A DNA stretch of 64,000 nt from an uncultured Acidobacteriota bacterium (GCA_963698025.1 OY969112.1:6629101-6693100), one strand, 5' to 3'; positions 1 to 9,549 are shown, counted from the first letter of the stretch. Numbers and translations are program-made. Notes: generated from the letters alone by a model not told the origin.

Positions 1-753
1 TTGCGCCCGTAAAGCATTGGCCAGGAGGGCCGAGGCGTAGCCCCGGAGCTTATAGCGCGACCGGTCCTCTACGGGAACCAGTTCGGCTACTTGAACCGCA
101 AGCTTTCCAAGCTGGACCGCCAGGGCAGGATTGTTTGAAGCCTGTTGCTTGCTTTCAAGACAGAGATGCTCGCAGAGTGCCCAGCTCTGAAATTCCCTTG
201 CTTCGCGGACGAGAGCTTCCTGAAAGGAGAAGGGATATCTCTGCAATCGTTCCCAGAGGCCAGCGGCATGAGAGGAGTTCTCCGGAGAGAGCATGGTGAC
301 TCCACTCCCGGCGGCATTCATTGGGCCGCTCTTCTGGCATGAGCTCGCGGAGGAGCGATGTCGCACGAGCAAGGCGATGGCCCCGGTGAGCCGAGATACT
401 GCCTCTCCTGCTTGGGCGGTCATCGATGCGATCTGCTCCGAGAGGGCATCTGAGACCTCGGGGGGCACCGTATCGACCCTCTGCCGCGCTCCGGCAGAAC
501 CCCGGCTGAAACGGAGTGCGAGGAGAAAATCCCGTGCCCTGTCGAGATCCGAAAACCCATATTCCATTGAGGAGAGCATGCGCATCAGGCTTTTAAGCTC
601 CGGGAGCTTTTTTCCCGTCTCATACTGAGAGACCGAGCTCGCGGGGACGCCTGACACCCGTGCCAGTTCCGCCTGTGACCAGCCTCTCCCGGTTCTCAAT
701 AGCGCGAGAATCACCCCGAGGTCCGGATCGATATACGACGCGTCTTCTCCCAT
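1..753 (-). CDS. XRE-family HTH transcriptional regulator with a C-terminal helical (TPR-like) domain. The 5' end is complete and the 3' end is truncated by the window edge.
   Basis: ATG at 753-751 on the minus strand, preceded by a GGAGGA Shine-Dalgarno sequence. Translation: MGEDASYIDPDLGVILALLRTGRGWSQAELARVSGVPASSVSQYETGKK..., a classic HTH_XRE. Later residues (...EFQSWALCEHLCLESK...VPVEDRSRYKLRGYASALLANALRAQ) align with the 42173..43645 protein (EFRSWALCELICKESI...RRRLQGYAWAHVGNARRVRG), so the two are paralogs. The frame stays open to position 1, which is why the ORF track (which needs a stop) does not list it. Confidence 0.7.
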   Translation of the reverse strand, partial: MGEDASYIDPDLGVILALLRTGRGWSQAELARVSGVPASSVSQYETGKKLPELKSLMRMLSSMEYGFSDLDRARDFLLALRFSRGSAGARQRVDTVPPEVSDALSEQIASMTAQAGEAVSRLTGAIALLVRHRSSASSCQKSGPMNAAGSGVTMLSPENSSHAAGLWERLQRYPFSFQEALVREAREFQSWALCEHLCLESKQQASNNPALAVQLGKLAVQVAELVPVEDRSRYKLRGYASALLANALRAQ

Positions 754-1005
754 TCTTCCTCCAGAGCAGAGTGGAACCACCGCCCTCTATTTTCGTACAG
801 AGTGAACTCTTTCCTCAAGAAGGGCATGTGTCTTCGAGTTCCGAGTAGAACGATCTGTCCACAGGGTCATTCAGCCTTTGCCTTTGACGAAAGAATCTTC
901 TGCATTGGTGGATCGAGCGCCTCTCTTGCGCCACACTTCCCGCAGGAATCGGCTCGCCGGTGGCCATGGTGGCCCCGGCCCGCAGCCGTTCCAGAGAGGA
1001 ACGCT

Positions 1006-1296
1006 ATGACTCGTGCCCAGATCCGGTATACCGCCGTGCTGTTCCTAGTGCTTCTGGTTTCTGTGCCTCTTGTCTCGGCCGCCGCACCCATCGCCGTCAA
1101 TCGCCACGAGCAGGTCAAGTGGTTCCCCTCTGTTAAAGAAGGGATTGTCTCCAGGCTGTGGAGTCTCCTCGGCAGCTTCTGGGAAAAGGAGGGAAGCTCT
1201 TTGGACCCTGATGGCAAGCTTGTCGCCTACCCTGCCCATGGCAGTGCCGCGGACGAAGGATCGTCGCTTGATCCGAACAGCATGTTTAAGCCCTGA
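1006..1296 (+). CDS. Small secreted protein (97 aa) with a signal peptide and a conserved LWxxLxxFWxK...GSSLDP(D/N) motif. It is a paralog of 43702..44010.
   Basis: ATG at 1006 with an AGAGAGGA Shine-Dalgarno sequence 6 nt upstream. N-terminus MTRAQIRYTAVLFLVLLVSVPLVSAAA is a typical Sec signal with an AxA cleavage site. The mature part contains RLWSLLGSFWEKEGSSLDPDG and a second EGSSLDPN, encoded by different codons, so this is not a recent DNA duplication. It is divergent from the XRE regulator at 1..753. Confidence 0.55.
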   Translation: MTRAQIRYTAVLFLVLLVSVPLVSAAAPIAVNRHEQVKWFPSVKEGIVSRLWSLLGSFWEKEGSSLDPDGKLVAYPAHGSAADEGSSLDPNSMFKP

Positions 1297-1495
1297 AGAC
1301 CGACCGCTGGGGCGCCGGTCGCTTCCACGATGCGAGAGAGGAGAAGGCCGGCGCTCCGACGACTCCCCCGCACCACGATAGCGTTTGGTGAATCCTCCGT
1401 GCCTTTCAGTGAACCGCCGGTGCCGTGGTTTGACAGCAGAAAAGCCCTCTCTCTAGGCTGCCTTCATGGTTCCGGCGCGGAGGAAGTTCTGAACG

Positions 1496-2203
1496 ATGGA
1501 CACACTTGAGATTCCGATCCTGGAGACGGAACGGCTGCGGCTCAGGTCTTTCGGCAAAGGTGACATCGAAGACTACGCCGCGATGAACGCCGATCCTGAA
1601 GTCTTGCGGTATTTGGCAGGAGCTGGAGCCGAGCCGTGGGACCGGGGGCGGTCCTGGCGGCATCTGGCATTCCTCCTTGGACACTGGCAACTCGGGGATG
1701 CCGGAATGTGGGCGGTGGAGCACAGAGAGACCGGCGGCTTCATCGGGGTGGTCGGTTTCGCCGCGCCTGAAGGCTGGCCCGGCTTTGAGCTCGCATGGAC
1801 TCTGGCGCGTCGATGGTGGGGGCACGGCTACGCTACCGAGGGCGCACGGGCAGCTCTGGCCCATGCCTTCACCGTCTTGGAAAAGGCTCACGTCATCAGC
1901 CTCATCCATCCGGAGAATCGGGCTTCCATCCGGGTCGCCGAGCGGATTGGCGAAAGGCTGCAAGACCACATCCATCATCTCGGGCGGCAGATGCTCTGCT
2001 ACGGTATCGACCGGAAAACCTTTCTGACCGAGAGGGTGCCGGCCGCGTCACGGCTTCCGGCCCTTGGCATAGGTTCCACGCCTCGATCGAGCTCCCGTTC
2101 AGCGTCTCTCGTTGTTCCCGAGGGCTCCTTCAATGTCCGCTGTACTGCCGGAGTACTCGAACAGCCCGTCCGCCCGGCCCGCGTAGAGGACGCCGGGACG
2201 TAG
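1496..2203 (+). CDS. GNAT family N-acetyltransferase (RimJ/RimL-like)
   Basis: ILETERLRLRSF...ELAWTLARRWWGHGYATEGARAALAHAF, matching the Acetyltransf_3 pattern. The GNAT fold ends near position 2035; the last ~55 codons overlap the convergent gene 2099..4099, so the true 3' end is uncertain. Confidence 0.75.
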   Translation: MDTLEIPILETERLRLRSFGKGDIEDYAAMNADPEVLRYLAGAGAEPWDRGRSWRHLAFLLGHWQLGDAGMWAVEHRETGGFIGVVGFAAPEGWPGFELAWTLARRWWGHGYATEGARAALAHAFTVLEKAHVISLIHPENRASIRVAERIGERLQDHIHHLGRQMLCYGIDRKTFLTERVPAASRLPALGIGSTPRSSSRSASLVVPEGSFNVRCTAGVLEQPVRPARVEDAGT

Positions 2204-4099
2204 CGGATCGAGCGCCAGTGAGAAGACGGGTGTCTCTCCCAGGCCCCCGTTCATCGCGGTCCACAGCCCGCCCCCGTTTCGCGTGACGTAGACGCCCCGG
2301 GTCGTGGCGGCGTAGAGCGTGCCCGGGGTCTTCGGGTCCGGCAGGAGATGCCCCACGAAGACTCCGGCCGCCAGGCCTCCCGACGCGGGCTTCCACGTTG
2401 CCCCGCCATCGGAGCTCTTGAAGATCTTCCGCCCCTTTGGCACGTAGATCGACGCGTAGAGCGTCCCCGGTGAGAACGGGTCCACCGCGAGATCCTGGAT
2501 GCTGCCGCGCAGCCCGCTCGCGGTCCGTTTCCAGCTCACGCCGCCATTCGTGCTCTTGAACAGGTGACTGCCCCCCGCGTACACGGTCGCGGGGTTCACC
2601 GGGTCCACGGCCAGGGAGGTCAGAAAATCGAACGGGTCCAGGCCCGGTACCCGCGCCCGCCGCCATTGAGCGGCGCCATCCACGCTCCGGAAGATGACGA
2701 TGGGGATGCCGTTCGCGTCGGAGATCGGAAAGCTGGACCACCCGATGGCGTAGAGCGCGTCCGGATTGGAAGGGGCGAGGGTGAGAGTGAAGACGAACTC
2801 GAGAAACCGGAGCCCCAGGCTGGCCTTCTCCCAGGTCTGTCCGCCGTCACGGGTCTTCAGCACCCAGGCGTTGGTCGCCAGGTACCAGGTTCCCGGCCGG
2901 GAGGGATCGGCCACGATCGCGTTGGCGAGGGGAGAGTTGTTGGGATCTCCGAACGGCGAATTCCAGGTGGCACCGCCGTCCGTGCTGCGGAGCAGGAACT
3001 GAGGCGTGAGCCCCAGTGAAGCGCCAGGCTCCGGCCTGACGATGGTAAAGAGAACTCCTGGCGTGTGGGGGTCGGCCGCGACCGCCGTGATCCCGAGCTC
3101 CCGCAGGCCGTGATTGGCGACCGTCCAGGAGCTTCCGGAGTCGTCGCTGCGATAGACCCCGCCGGCTTCTGTCCCCACGTAGATCCGCCCCGGGGAGCGC
3201 CCGTCCACGGCCAGATCTCTCGCGCCGTAAACCGGCAGGACCGGGGTCCAGCTCGCTCCACCATCGGTGCTCCGAAAAACCCCGTAGGAGCGATCCAGCA
3301 CGTAGACCGTGCCGGACGCGGGATCGATCGCCAGTTTCTCCGCATCCAAGAACACCCCGGCCGGCCCCGTCCAGACCGAGGACCACGTCGCTCCTCGATC
3401 GACGCTCTTGAAGATTCCCCCGAAGCCCGCCGCCGCGTACAGGGTCGCCGGCTGGCGGGGATCGATCGCCAGCGCCTGAAGGGACTGATATCCGCCGTTC
3501 GGGTTCTCGAGGCCGGCGCGGGCCTCCACCCATGTGGCCCCGCCGTCGTCGCTGCGGAAGCCTCCGGCATAGACGACGCGGGCGTCCACCGGATCGACGG
3601 CCAGAACGGACGCGGGGCCCGCGAAGCTCGTCGCCGTCCAGCTTGCGCCCCCATCGGTGCTCTTGAGGATCTGCTGATCGCGCGCCGCGTAGAGAACGTC
3701 CGGCGAGGACGGTGAGATGCGGAACGCCAGGAAAGCGCCTGCGAGCACGGGTCCCGCCCAGTTGGCCCCGCCGTCGGTCGACTTGAACAGGCCGTTGAAG
3801 GTCGTCGCGTACAGGATCCCGGCCCGCGCCGGGTCGGCCGTCAGCTCTCCAACGAACGGCAGGAGCTTGCCGCGCGTGGACCAGCTCGCCGCGCCCGCCG
3901 AGCTTTCGACGATGGTCCCTTGAGCAGTGGCCGCATAGACGCTCCCCGCCTCCCCGGGCGAAACGGCCAGAGCCTGGATCGAAGCCCCCTCGGGGCCGAT
4001 GGACCGCCATTGCGCCGCGGGGGAGAAGGCGGGCAGGGCGAAGAGGAGCAGGACGGTCAGCGGTAGAACCTTGAAGACACGCGCGGGGCTCTGGCTCAT
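2099..4099 (-). CDS. Secreted BNR/Asp-box repeat beta-propeller protein (sialidase/Ycf48-like fold)
   Basis: More than 10 Asp-box motifs (STDGGASWT, STDGGATW, STDGGANW, SDDGGATW, SVDRGATW, and others). Start chosen at internal Met 69 of the ORF (MSQSPARVFKVLPLTVLLLFALPAFSPAAQ, a signal peptide) with a GGAGGA Shine-Dalgarno sequence upstream. The longer ORF-track start has no signal peptide. Confidence 0.8.
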   Translation of the reverse strand: MSQSPARVFKVLPLTVLLLFALPAFSPAAQWRSIGPEGASIQALAVSPGEAGSVYAATAQGTIVESSAGAASWSTRGKLLPFVGELTADPARAGILYATTFNGLFKSTDGGANWAGPVLAGAFLAFRISPSSPDVLYAARDQQILKSTDGGASWTATSFAGPASVLAVDPVDARVVYAGGFRSDDGGATWVEARAGLENPNGGYQSLQALAIDPRQPATLYAAAGFGGIFKSVDRGATWSSVWTGPAGVFLDAEKLAIDPASGTVYVLDRSYGVFRSTDGGASWTPVLPVYGARDLAVDGRSPGRIYVGTEAGGVYRSDDSGSSWTVANHGLRELGITAVAADPHTPGVLFTIVRPEPGASLGLTPQFLLRSTDGGATWNSPFGDPNNSPLANAIVADPSRPGTWYLATNAWVLKTRDGGQTWEKASLGLRFLEFVFTLTLAPSNPDALYAIGWSSFPISDANGIPIVIFRSVDGAAQWRRARVPGLDPFDFLTSLAVDPVNPATVYAGGSHLFKSTNGGVSWKRTASGLRGSIQDLAVDPFSPGTLYASIYVPKGRKIFKSSDGGATWKPASGGLAAGVFVGHLLPDPKTPGTLYAATTRGVYVTRNGGGLWTAMNGGLGETPVFSLALDPLRPGVLYAGRADGLFEYSGSTADIEGALGNNERR

Positions 4100-4366
4100 C
4101 GGTCCTCCGATCAGAGTGCAAGGATCAATCCTCTCACGTGGGAGTGACTCGCTGCCGCGATTCATTTCTCGACCGGTCCCGCCGGGGTTGGGCTGGTCAC
4201 TGGTCGCACTCTGCCTGGGAACCTCAAACGCCCCCCCACCCATCGTAGACGCCGTCGTGCAAGTCCGCTCGCGAAGCGAGGGCGGCCGTCCAGCCGCTTG
4301 CACCGGGAAGGACGGCTTTGCGTCCGTCTATAAATTGCAGGACCAGGGAATCCGGCCTGACCGTGA

Positions 4367-6322
4367 ATGGACGATCGCGCATCGCGCACTGGAGGTACCC
4401 CGATGGAGCAGACGACGGAGCCAGGGCCTGAGCAGAATTCCTCCGTGAACACCCAGAGCGGCATTGAGGTCGGCACCGCGGTGAGCGCCACGGCCGAACC
4501 GAACAAGGTCGAGAAGGTCATCGTGGCGGTGCATGGAATCGGAGACCAGTACAGCTACGCGACGATCCAGTCGGTCGTCAACCAGTTCTGCGGCTATTAC
4601 AACCAGCCGGCCGCGGTTCCGCTGGGCAACTTCCATAGCGGTCAGGCCGCGTACTCGATCCCGCCGCCTTATCCGCGGGAGCCGTTCGGGCGGTTGGCTT
4701 TCGCGGAAGTCTACTGGGCGCCGATCGCGCGCAACGTAACGAATGAAAAGTACACGCTCGAAGAGACGAAGAAATGGGCGCGCACCATCGTCGAGCGCCT
4801 GCGATTGCGCTGGTGCGTGGAGGGCAGGAAAGGGCATTGTCACGAGGCTGACTTCCGGTTGACCCAGCAGGTGCTCGGCGAGATGATCCAGACGATCGCG
4901 GTCGTCGATCGGATCTGCTTCCTGGCCGACAAGGCCGGCCTTTTCACCTTCGACCTCAAGAAGCTGCTCGACGACTATCTCGGCGACGTGCAGATCGTGG
5001 CTGAGTTCAAGAAACAGCGCGACGAGATCCTGACGGCGTTTGACGAGCTCCTGGACAAAATCGAGGTAGCGTTTCCGAACGCGGATATCTACCTCGTAAC
5101 GCACAGCGAGGGGACGGTCGTCGCCTTGCTCGGACTGCTGCAGGCGTTCCGCGAGCCGGAGCCGCCCCGCTGGACCGATAAAGTGCGGGGCCTCATGACG
5201 CTGGGCTCGCCGATCGACAAGCACCTGGCCCTCTGGCCCGAGCTCTTCGGCGACAACCCGCCGAGCGTGAAGGCGCTCGCGGACCGGAGTGATCCACAGC
5301 AGAAGATCGACTGGCGCAACTACTATGACTTCGGCGATCCGGTCGGCTTCAATCTCGACGGCATTCGCGAATGGCTCGGGGCGAACCAGTGGAACGGCGT
5401 GTTCGATTTCGACGACTCTCACGACATGGGATTCACGCGCTACCCCTTTCCCGGCAAAGCCCATGTGGATTACTGGACGGACAAGGAGGTATTCGGCCAC
5501 TTCATCTCAACGGTTGTCGAGGCCGAGCCGGTCGCGCCAGCCAAGGCAGTTGGATCAGAGCTCAAGAAGGCTTGGCCGAAGCCCCCTGATTTGACGGATA
5601 AAAAATGGCTCAGCTACATTTTGCCCTATGCGGGAGTGATCGCTCTGCTGTTCGTCGCCTCCTATATTCTTTACAAGGCGGTCACCGGGGCCATGGGTTA
5701 TACCGGCCCCCTGATCGATGGAAGAGTGCCGCGAGAGCTGGCCAAGAGTCTCATCTTGCAACAGACCGCGGGGCTTGCGGCGCTCTTGCTGGGCATCACC
5801 GTCGTGGCCCGCATCCCTCGTCTCACGCGCAGCACTTTTTGGCGGGCGATCTCGTTCGCCATCGCAGGGTTTGGGGCGATCGCGTACATGTGGAGCGTGC
5901 GCGATAACGAAAGGATCACGCTGAAGGGTTTCTCGCTACTCCCGGGTGCAGTCACGCTCACTCTAGCCATCCTGGTGGTATGCCTGGTCTACCTGGCGAG
6001 CATAAAGCGACCTTCCTGGGGTTTGACGCCGCTGATGGTGCTCGGGGCGATCGCGGTTGCGACCATGGTCGTTTCTCACCTCGTGAGAGCCCCTGAGCGC
6101 ACTCCTGGACCTTTCTGGCCGTTATTCCTGGCGACCGTGGCCTTCCTCTATCTGTGGTGGCTCGCGGCGCTGCTGTTCGACCTGGTTTTCGTCTGGCACC
6201 TGTACATCCGCCATTCGAGGCTGATGGTGCGGGTCAACGAGGTTTTGGGAAAATACAAGGACCGGGTCAGTCAGCCTTTGCCTCAGCCTGTACCAACGGT
6301 GGTGGGAGTGGGGTCAAAATAG
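4367..6322 (+). CDS. Membrane-anchored alpha/beta-hydrolase (lipase/esterase-like N-terminal domain fused to a C-terminal polytopic membrane domain)
   Basis: N-terminal VIVAVHGIGDQ ... LVTHSEGTVV (a nucleophile-elbow-like THSEG) ... GSPIDKH. C-terminal ~260 aa contains about 8 hydrophobic helices. An alternative start MEQTTEP at 4403 has a better Shine-Dalgarno sequence (GGAGGT). Confidence 0.65.
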   Translation: MDDRASRTGGTPMEQTTEPGPEQNSSVNTQSGIEVGTAVSATAEPNKVEKVIVAVHGIGDQYSYATIQSVVNQFCGYYNQPAAVPLGNFHSGQAAYSIPPPYPREPFGRLAFAEVYWAPIARNVTNEKYTLEETKKWARTIVERLRLRWCVEGRKGHCHEADFRLTQQVLGEMIQTIAVVDRICFLADKAGLFTFDLKKLLDDYLGDVQIVAEFKKQRDEILTAFDELLDKIEVAFPNADIYLVTHSEGTVVALLGLLQAFREPEPPRWTDKVRGLMTLGSPIDKHLALWPELFGDNPPSVKALADRSDPQQKIDWRNYYDFGDPVGFNLDGIREWLGANQWNGVFDFDDSHDMGFTRYPFPGKAHVDYWTDKEVFGHFISTVVEAEPVAPAKAVGSELKKAWPKPPDLTDKKWLSYILPYAGVIALLFVASYILYKAVTGAMGYTGPLIDGRVPRELAKSLILQQTAGLAALLLGITVVARIPRLTRSTFWRAISFAIAGFGAIAYMWSVRDNERITLKGFSLLPGAVTLTLAILVVCLVYLASIKRPSWGLTPLMVLGAIAVATMVVSHLVRAPERTPGPFWPLFLATVAFLYLWWLAALLFDLVFVWHLYIRHSRLMVRVNEVLGKYKDRVSQPLPQPVPTVVGVGSK

Positions 6323-6433
6323 ATAGGATGGGCTCGCATGGGGTTTGCATTGGAATCGGGTCCCACGGTCGCCCAGGCGCTTGGCGACCGCCTTCCCTGC
6401 GCGCGGTTTGGCTGAGGAGCGAGCCCACGGTCC

Positions 6434-6802
6434 ATGAAGAACATCCTCTTCGTCTGTAGCCAGAACGAGCTGCGCAGCCCGACGGCGGAGCGGGTGTTCT
6501 CCGGGCGGCGGGACATCGAGGTCGCCTCCGCGGGACTCAATCACGACGCGCCTCAGCCGGTGACGCCGGAGCTGCTCGAGTGGGCCGACCTCATCTTCGT
6601 GATGGAGAAGGCCCACTTGAGCCGGATGCGCCGGCGGTTCCGGAAACACCTCAACCGGCAGCGTCTCGTCTGCCTGGACATCCCGGACCTCTACGACTAC
6701 ATGGAGCCGGCCCTGGTAGAGTTGCTGGAGGCCAAGGTCCCGCGACACCTGGGGCTGTCGATCACCCGCGGGCGCGATCAGCCCTTCCGCCCCTTGGCAT
6801 AG
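6434..6802 (+). CDS. Low-molecular-weight phosphatase family protein (LMW-PTP/ArsC-like)
   Basis: N-terminal ILFVCSQNELRSPTAE matches the CX5R(S/T) P-loop signature of LMW phosphatases. Length is 122 aa. Confidence 0.6.
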   Translation: MKNILFVCSQNELRSPTAERVFSGRRDIEVASAGLNHDAPQPVTPELLEWADLIFVMEKAHLSRMRRRFRKHLNRQRLVCLDIPDLYDYMEPALVELLEAKVPRHLGLSITRGRDQPFRPLA

Positions 6803-7260
6803 ATGGCCTCGTGGAAAGGTTTCCCCGCCCGCACGAGGTGGACGGAGCCGAGGGCGGCCAGCCGGCTGAGCGCCACCGAGGCGGTACGGCCGGTGACCGG
6901 CCGGCGCAGGCGCTTCTTGAAGGTCTCGTTGACCTCTCCGGCCATGGCGGAAGGGGTGAACCTCTCGCCGTCCACTTTGCCCGCGATCACTCGGCCGATC
7001 ATCTTGCTGAAGGTCGCCGGCGGGGCGGACTCGTCCGCGCCTTCCACCTTGACCCGCCGCACGACCTCTCCCGCCGCCGTCGCCGCGGTCTTGAAGGCCT
7101 CGTAGCGCTGGCGGATGCTCTCGAGCTCGCCCGCCCGCAGGGCGCGCTGTTCCCGGTGGAAGACCTCCTGCTGGGCATGGAAGGCTTCCTGGCCTTCGAG
7201 TTGCCGGACCTGCGCTTCCAGATCCTTCAAGACCTGGGCAATAGAGAGATCGGAGCTCAT
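6778..7260 (-). CDS. Hypothetical protein (160 aa)
   Basis: Start at internal Met 39 of ORF 6778..7374 (MSSDLSIAQVLKDLEAQ...), preceded by a GGGAGGAAG Shine-Dalgarno sequence. Protein-like composition and no recognisable domain. Overlaps the 3' end of 6434..6802 by 25 nt (convergent). Confidence 0.45.
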   Translation of the reverse strand: MSSDLSIAQVLKDLEAQVRQLEGQEAFHAQQEVFHREQRALRAGELESIRQRYEAFKTAATAAGEVVRRVKVEGADESAPPATFSKMIGRVIAGKVDGERFTPSAMAGEVNETFKKRLRRPVTGRTASVALSRLAALGSVHLVRAGKPFHEAIYAKGRKG

Positions 7261-7548
7261 CGCTTCCTCCCGGCCGGTTTGCGAACATGCGTCATCGGAT
7301 TCAGGTCGCAACAGTACCTCGGCAGCGGGCCCTCCGTCCAGTCCGGCGGCTCCACTGGGCTGACGATGCGTCATATCTGCCGGCGGCGAGAAAGAATCCC
7401 GGTCCTTGGGAACGAGATGCCAAAAAAATGGCGCGACCTCTCTGGAATCGCTTCAAAGAACGGAACGATGCATCAAGCGACGCCGAGATGCGACAGTTTT
7501 CGCGGTAAGATGTATCAATCCTGGAGGTGTGACGTCAAATGAATCGGC

Positions 7549-7691
7549 GATGCGACATATCCGGCGGAGTTGCGCCGTATCCAGAGGAGATGAAGCGTCG
7601 CCGGTGGAGATGATGCGTAGTCGATTGGGTATGCGGCGCCGTCTAGAGACGATGCATCATCTCCCGGAGAGATGCGCCGTATCTCCGGGCG
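7549..7691. repeat. Tandem array of seven degenerate 20-21-bp direct repeats (approximately GATGCGNCGTATCNCCGGNGGA) upstream of fhs
   Basis: Units begin at 7549, 7569, 7589, 7609, 7630, 7651 and 7671: gatgcgacatatccggcgga, gttgcgccgtatccagagga, gatgaagcgtcgccggtggag, gatgatgcgtagtcgattgggt, tatgcggcgccgtctagagac, gatgcatcatctcccggagag, gatgcgccgtatctccgggcg. Related single copies lie at 7363 (gatgcgtcatatctgccggcgg), 7487 and 7728. Confidence 0.6.
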
Positions 7692-7867
7692 TCACGACAC
7701 CGTCCCGTTCTGTCGCTTCATACGCTGTTGCGTTGCATCATATCCAGGGGCTCTGCATCAGAGAGGCGAGCGCTGAATGAATCCGCGCTTGTCGAAACCG
7801 CCCGGATTGGCGATGATCCCCCTCTCACCGCACTTCCGCGAGACTTCCGCGAGGAGGGGAGCCGACC

Positions 7868-9535
7868 ATGGCGTCTGACATCGAAATCGCGCAGCAGGCC
7901 AAGCTCGAACGGATCACCACGGTCGCCGCGAAGCTGGGGATTCCCGAGGAGCACCTCGAACCCTACGGCCACACCAAGGCCAAGATCTCGCTGGAGTATC
8001 TGAACGGTCTCGCCGGCCGGCCGGACGGCAAGCTGATCCTGGTCACGGCGATGACGCCGACGCCGGCCGGCGAGGGGAAGACCACCACCACCGTCGGCCT
8101 CGGCGACGCCCTGAACCGCATCGGCAAGAAGGCGGCGATCTGCCTGCGCGAGCCGTCGCTCGGGCCGGTGTTCGGCATGAAGGGGGGCGCCGCCGGCGGC
8201 GGCTACGCGCAGGTGGTGCCGATGGAGGACATCAACCTCCACTTCACCGGCGACTTCAACGCCATCGCGCTGGCCAACAACCTGCTGGCGGCGATGCTGG
8301 ACAATCACATCCACCAGGGGGGCGAGCCGGCGATCGACGTCCGGCGCATCGCCTGGAAGCGGGTGATGGACATGAACGACCGGGCGCTGCGCGAGATCGT
8401 CGCCGGCCTCGGCGGCGTCGCCAACGGCTTTCCGCGCCAGGACGGCTTCGACATCGTGGTCGCCTCCGAGGTGATGGCGATCCTCTGCCTCGCCACCTCG
8501 CTGGCCGATCTCAAGGCCCGCCTGGGCAACGTCGTCGCCGCCTACACGCGCGACCGCCAGCCGGTGCGCGCCCGCGACCTCCAGACCCACGGCGCGATGG
8601 CCGTGCTGCTCAAGGACGCCATCAAGCCCAACCTGGTGCAGACGCTGGAGAACAACCCCGCCTTCATCCACGGCGGGCCGTTCGCCAACATCGCGCACGG
8701 CTGCAACTCGGTGACCGCCACCCGGGCGGCGCTGAAGCTCGCCGACTACGTGGTCACCGAGGCCGGCTTCGGCGCCGATCTGGGGGCCGAGAAGTTCGTC
8801 GACATCAAGTGCCGCAAGGCGGGGCTGAAGCCGTCCGGGGCGGTGATCGTCGCCACCGTCCGCGCGCTCAAGTACCACGGCGGCGTGGACCTGAAGAACC
8901 TCACCGAGGAGAACCTGGAGGCGCTGGAGAAGGGGATGGCCAACCTCGAGCGCCACATCGAGAACGTGCGGGATCACTACGGCATCCCCTGCGTGGTGGC
9001 GGTGAACCGCTTCAGCTCCGACACCGCCGCCGAATTCGAGCGGGTGCGGTCGCGGCTGGCGGAGAAAGGGGTCACCGCCGTGCTCGCCTCGCACTGGGCC
9101 GAGGGTGGGAAGGGCGCCGAGGACCTGGCGCGGGCCGTGGTCGAGCTCTGCGACCGCGCCCCGAGCGTCCGGTTCGTCTACGACGACGCCGACCCGCTCT
9201 GGGAGAAGATGGAGAAGATCGCCACGAAGGTCTACCGCGCCTCGGCCGTGACCGCGGACTCCAAGGTGCGCGAGCAGATCGCCCGTCTGCAGGCCGACTA
9301 CGGCCATTATCCCGTCTGCGTGGCCAAGACCCAGTACTCGTTCTCGACCGACCCCAGCCTGCGCGGCGCCCCCACGGGCCATACGATCAACGTGCGCGAG
9401 GTGCGCCTGTCGGCCGGCGCCGAATTCGTGGTGATGATCTGCGGCGACGTGATGACCATGCCCGGCCTGCCCAAGGTGCCCGCCGCCTGCCGCATCGACA
9501 TCGACGACGACGGCAGGGTGGTGGGGCTGTTCTGA
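7868..9535 (+). CDS. fhs: Formate--tetrahydrofolate ligase
   Basis: 555 aa. [45 protein letters not shown]...[21 protein letters not shown]... shows the P-loop and is collinear with FTHFS throughout. A GAGGAGGGGAG Shine-Dalgarno sequence is upstream. Confidence 0.95.
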   Translation: MASDIEIAQQAKLERITTVAAKLGIPEEHLEPYGHTKAKISLEYLNGLAGRPDGKLILVTAMTPTPAGEGKTTTTVGLGDALNRIGKKAAICLREPSLGPVFGMKGGAAGGGYAQVVPMEDINLHFTGDFNAIALANNLLAAMLDNHIHQGGEPAIDVRRIAWKRVMDMNDRALREIVAGLGGVANGFPRQDGFDIVVASEVMAILCLATSLADLKARLGNVVAAYTRDRQPVRARDLQTHGAMAVLLKDAIKPNLVQTLENNPAFIHGGPFANIAHGCNSVTATRAALKLADYVVTEAGFGADLGAEKFVDIKCRKAGLKPSGAVIVATVRALKYHGGVDLKNLTEENLEALEKGMANLERHIENVRDHYGIPCVVAVNRFSSDTAAEFERVRSRLAEKGVTAVLASHWAEGGKGAEDLARAVVELCDRAPSVRFVYDDADPLWEKMEKIATKVYRASAVTADSKVREQIARLQADYGHYPVCVAKTQYSFSTDPSLRGAPTGHTINVREVRLSAGAEFVVMICGDVMTMPGLPKVPAACRIDIDDDGRVVGLF

Positions 9536-9549
9536 GGGCCCGCCCGCCC

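Noticed and set aside
2036-2203. C-terminal ~55 residues of the 1496..2203 GNAT ORF
   Set aside because: Not rejected as a feature, but this tail lies beyond the GNAT fold and overlaps the convergent BNR gene by 105 nt. The true stop may be earlier if there is a sequencing error. Kept as listed by the ORF track.
7406-7780. 124-aa plus-strand ORF in the fhs upstream region
   Set aside because: Its periodic sequence (MRHIRR...EMMRSRLGMRRRLETMHHL) is simply the tandem DNA repeat read in frame. No Shine-Dalgarno sequence.
7360-7870. ZTP (pfl) or other riboswitch upstream of fhs
   Set aside because: Biologically plausible, since fhs is a common ZTP target, but I could not match the region to the ZTP consensus by eye. 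The dominant signal is the 20-21-bp DNA-level tandem repeat. Left as an untested alternative.
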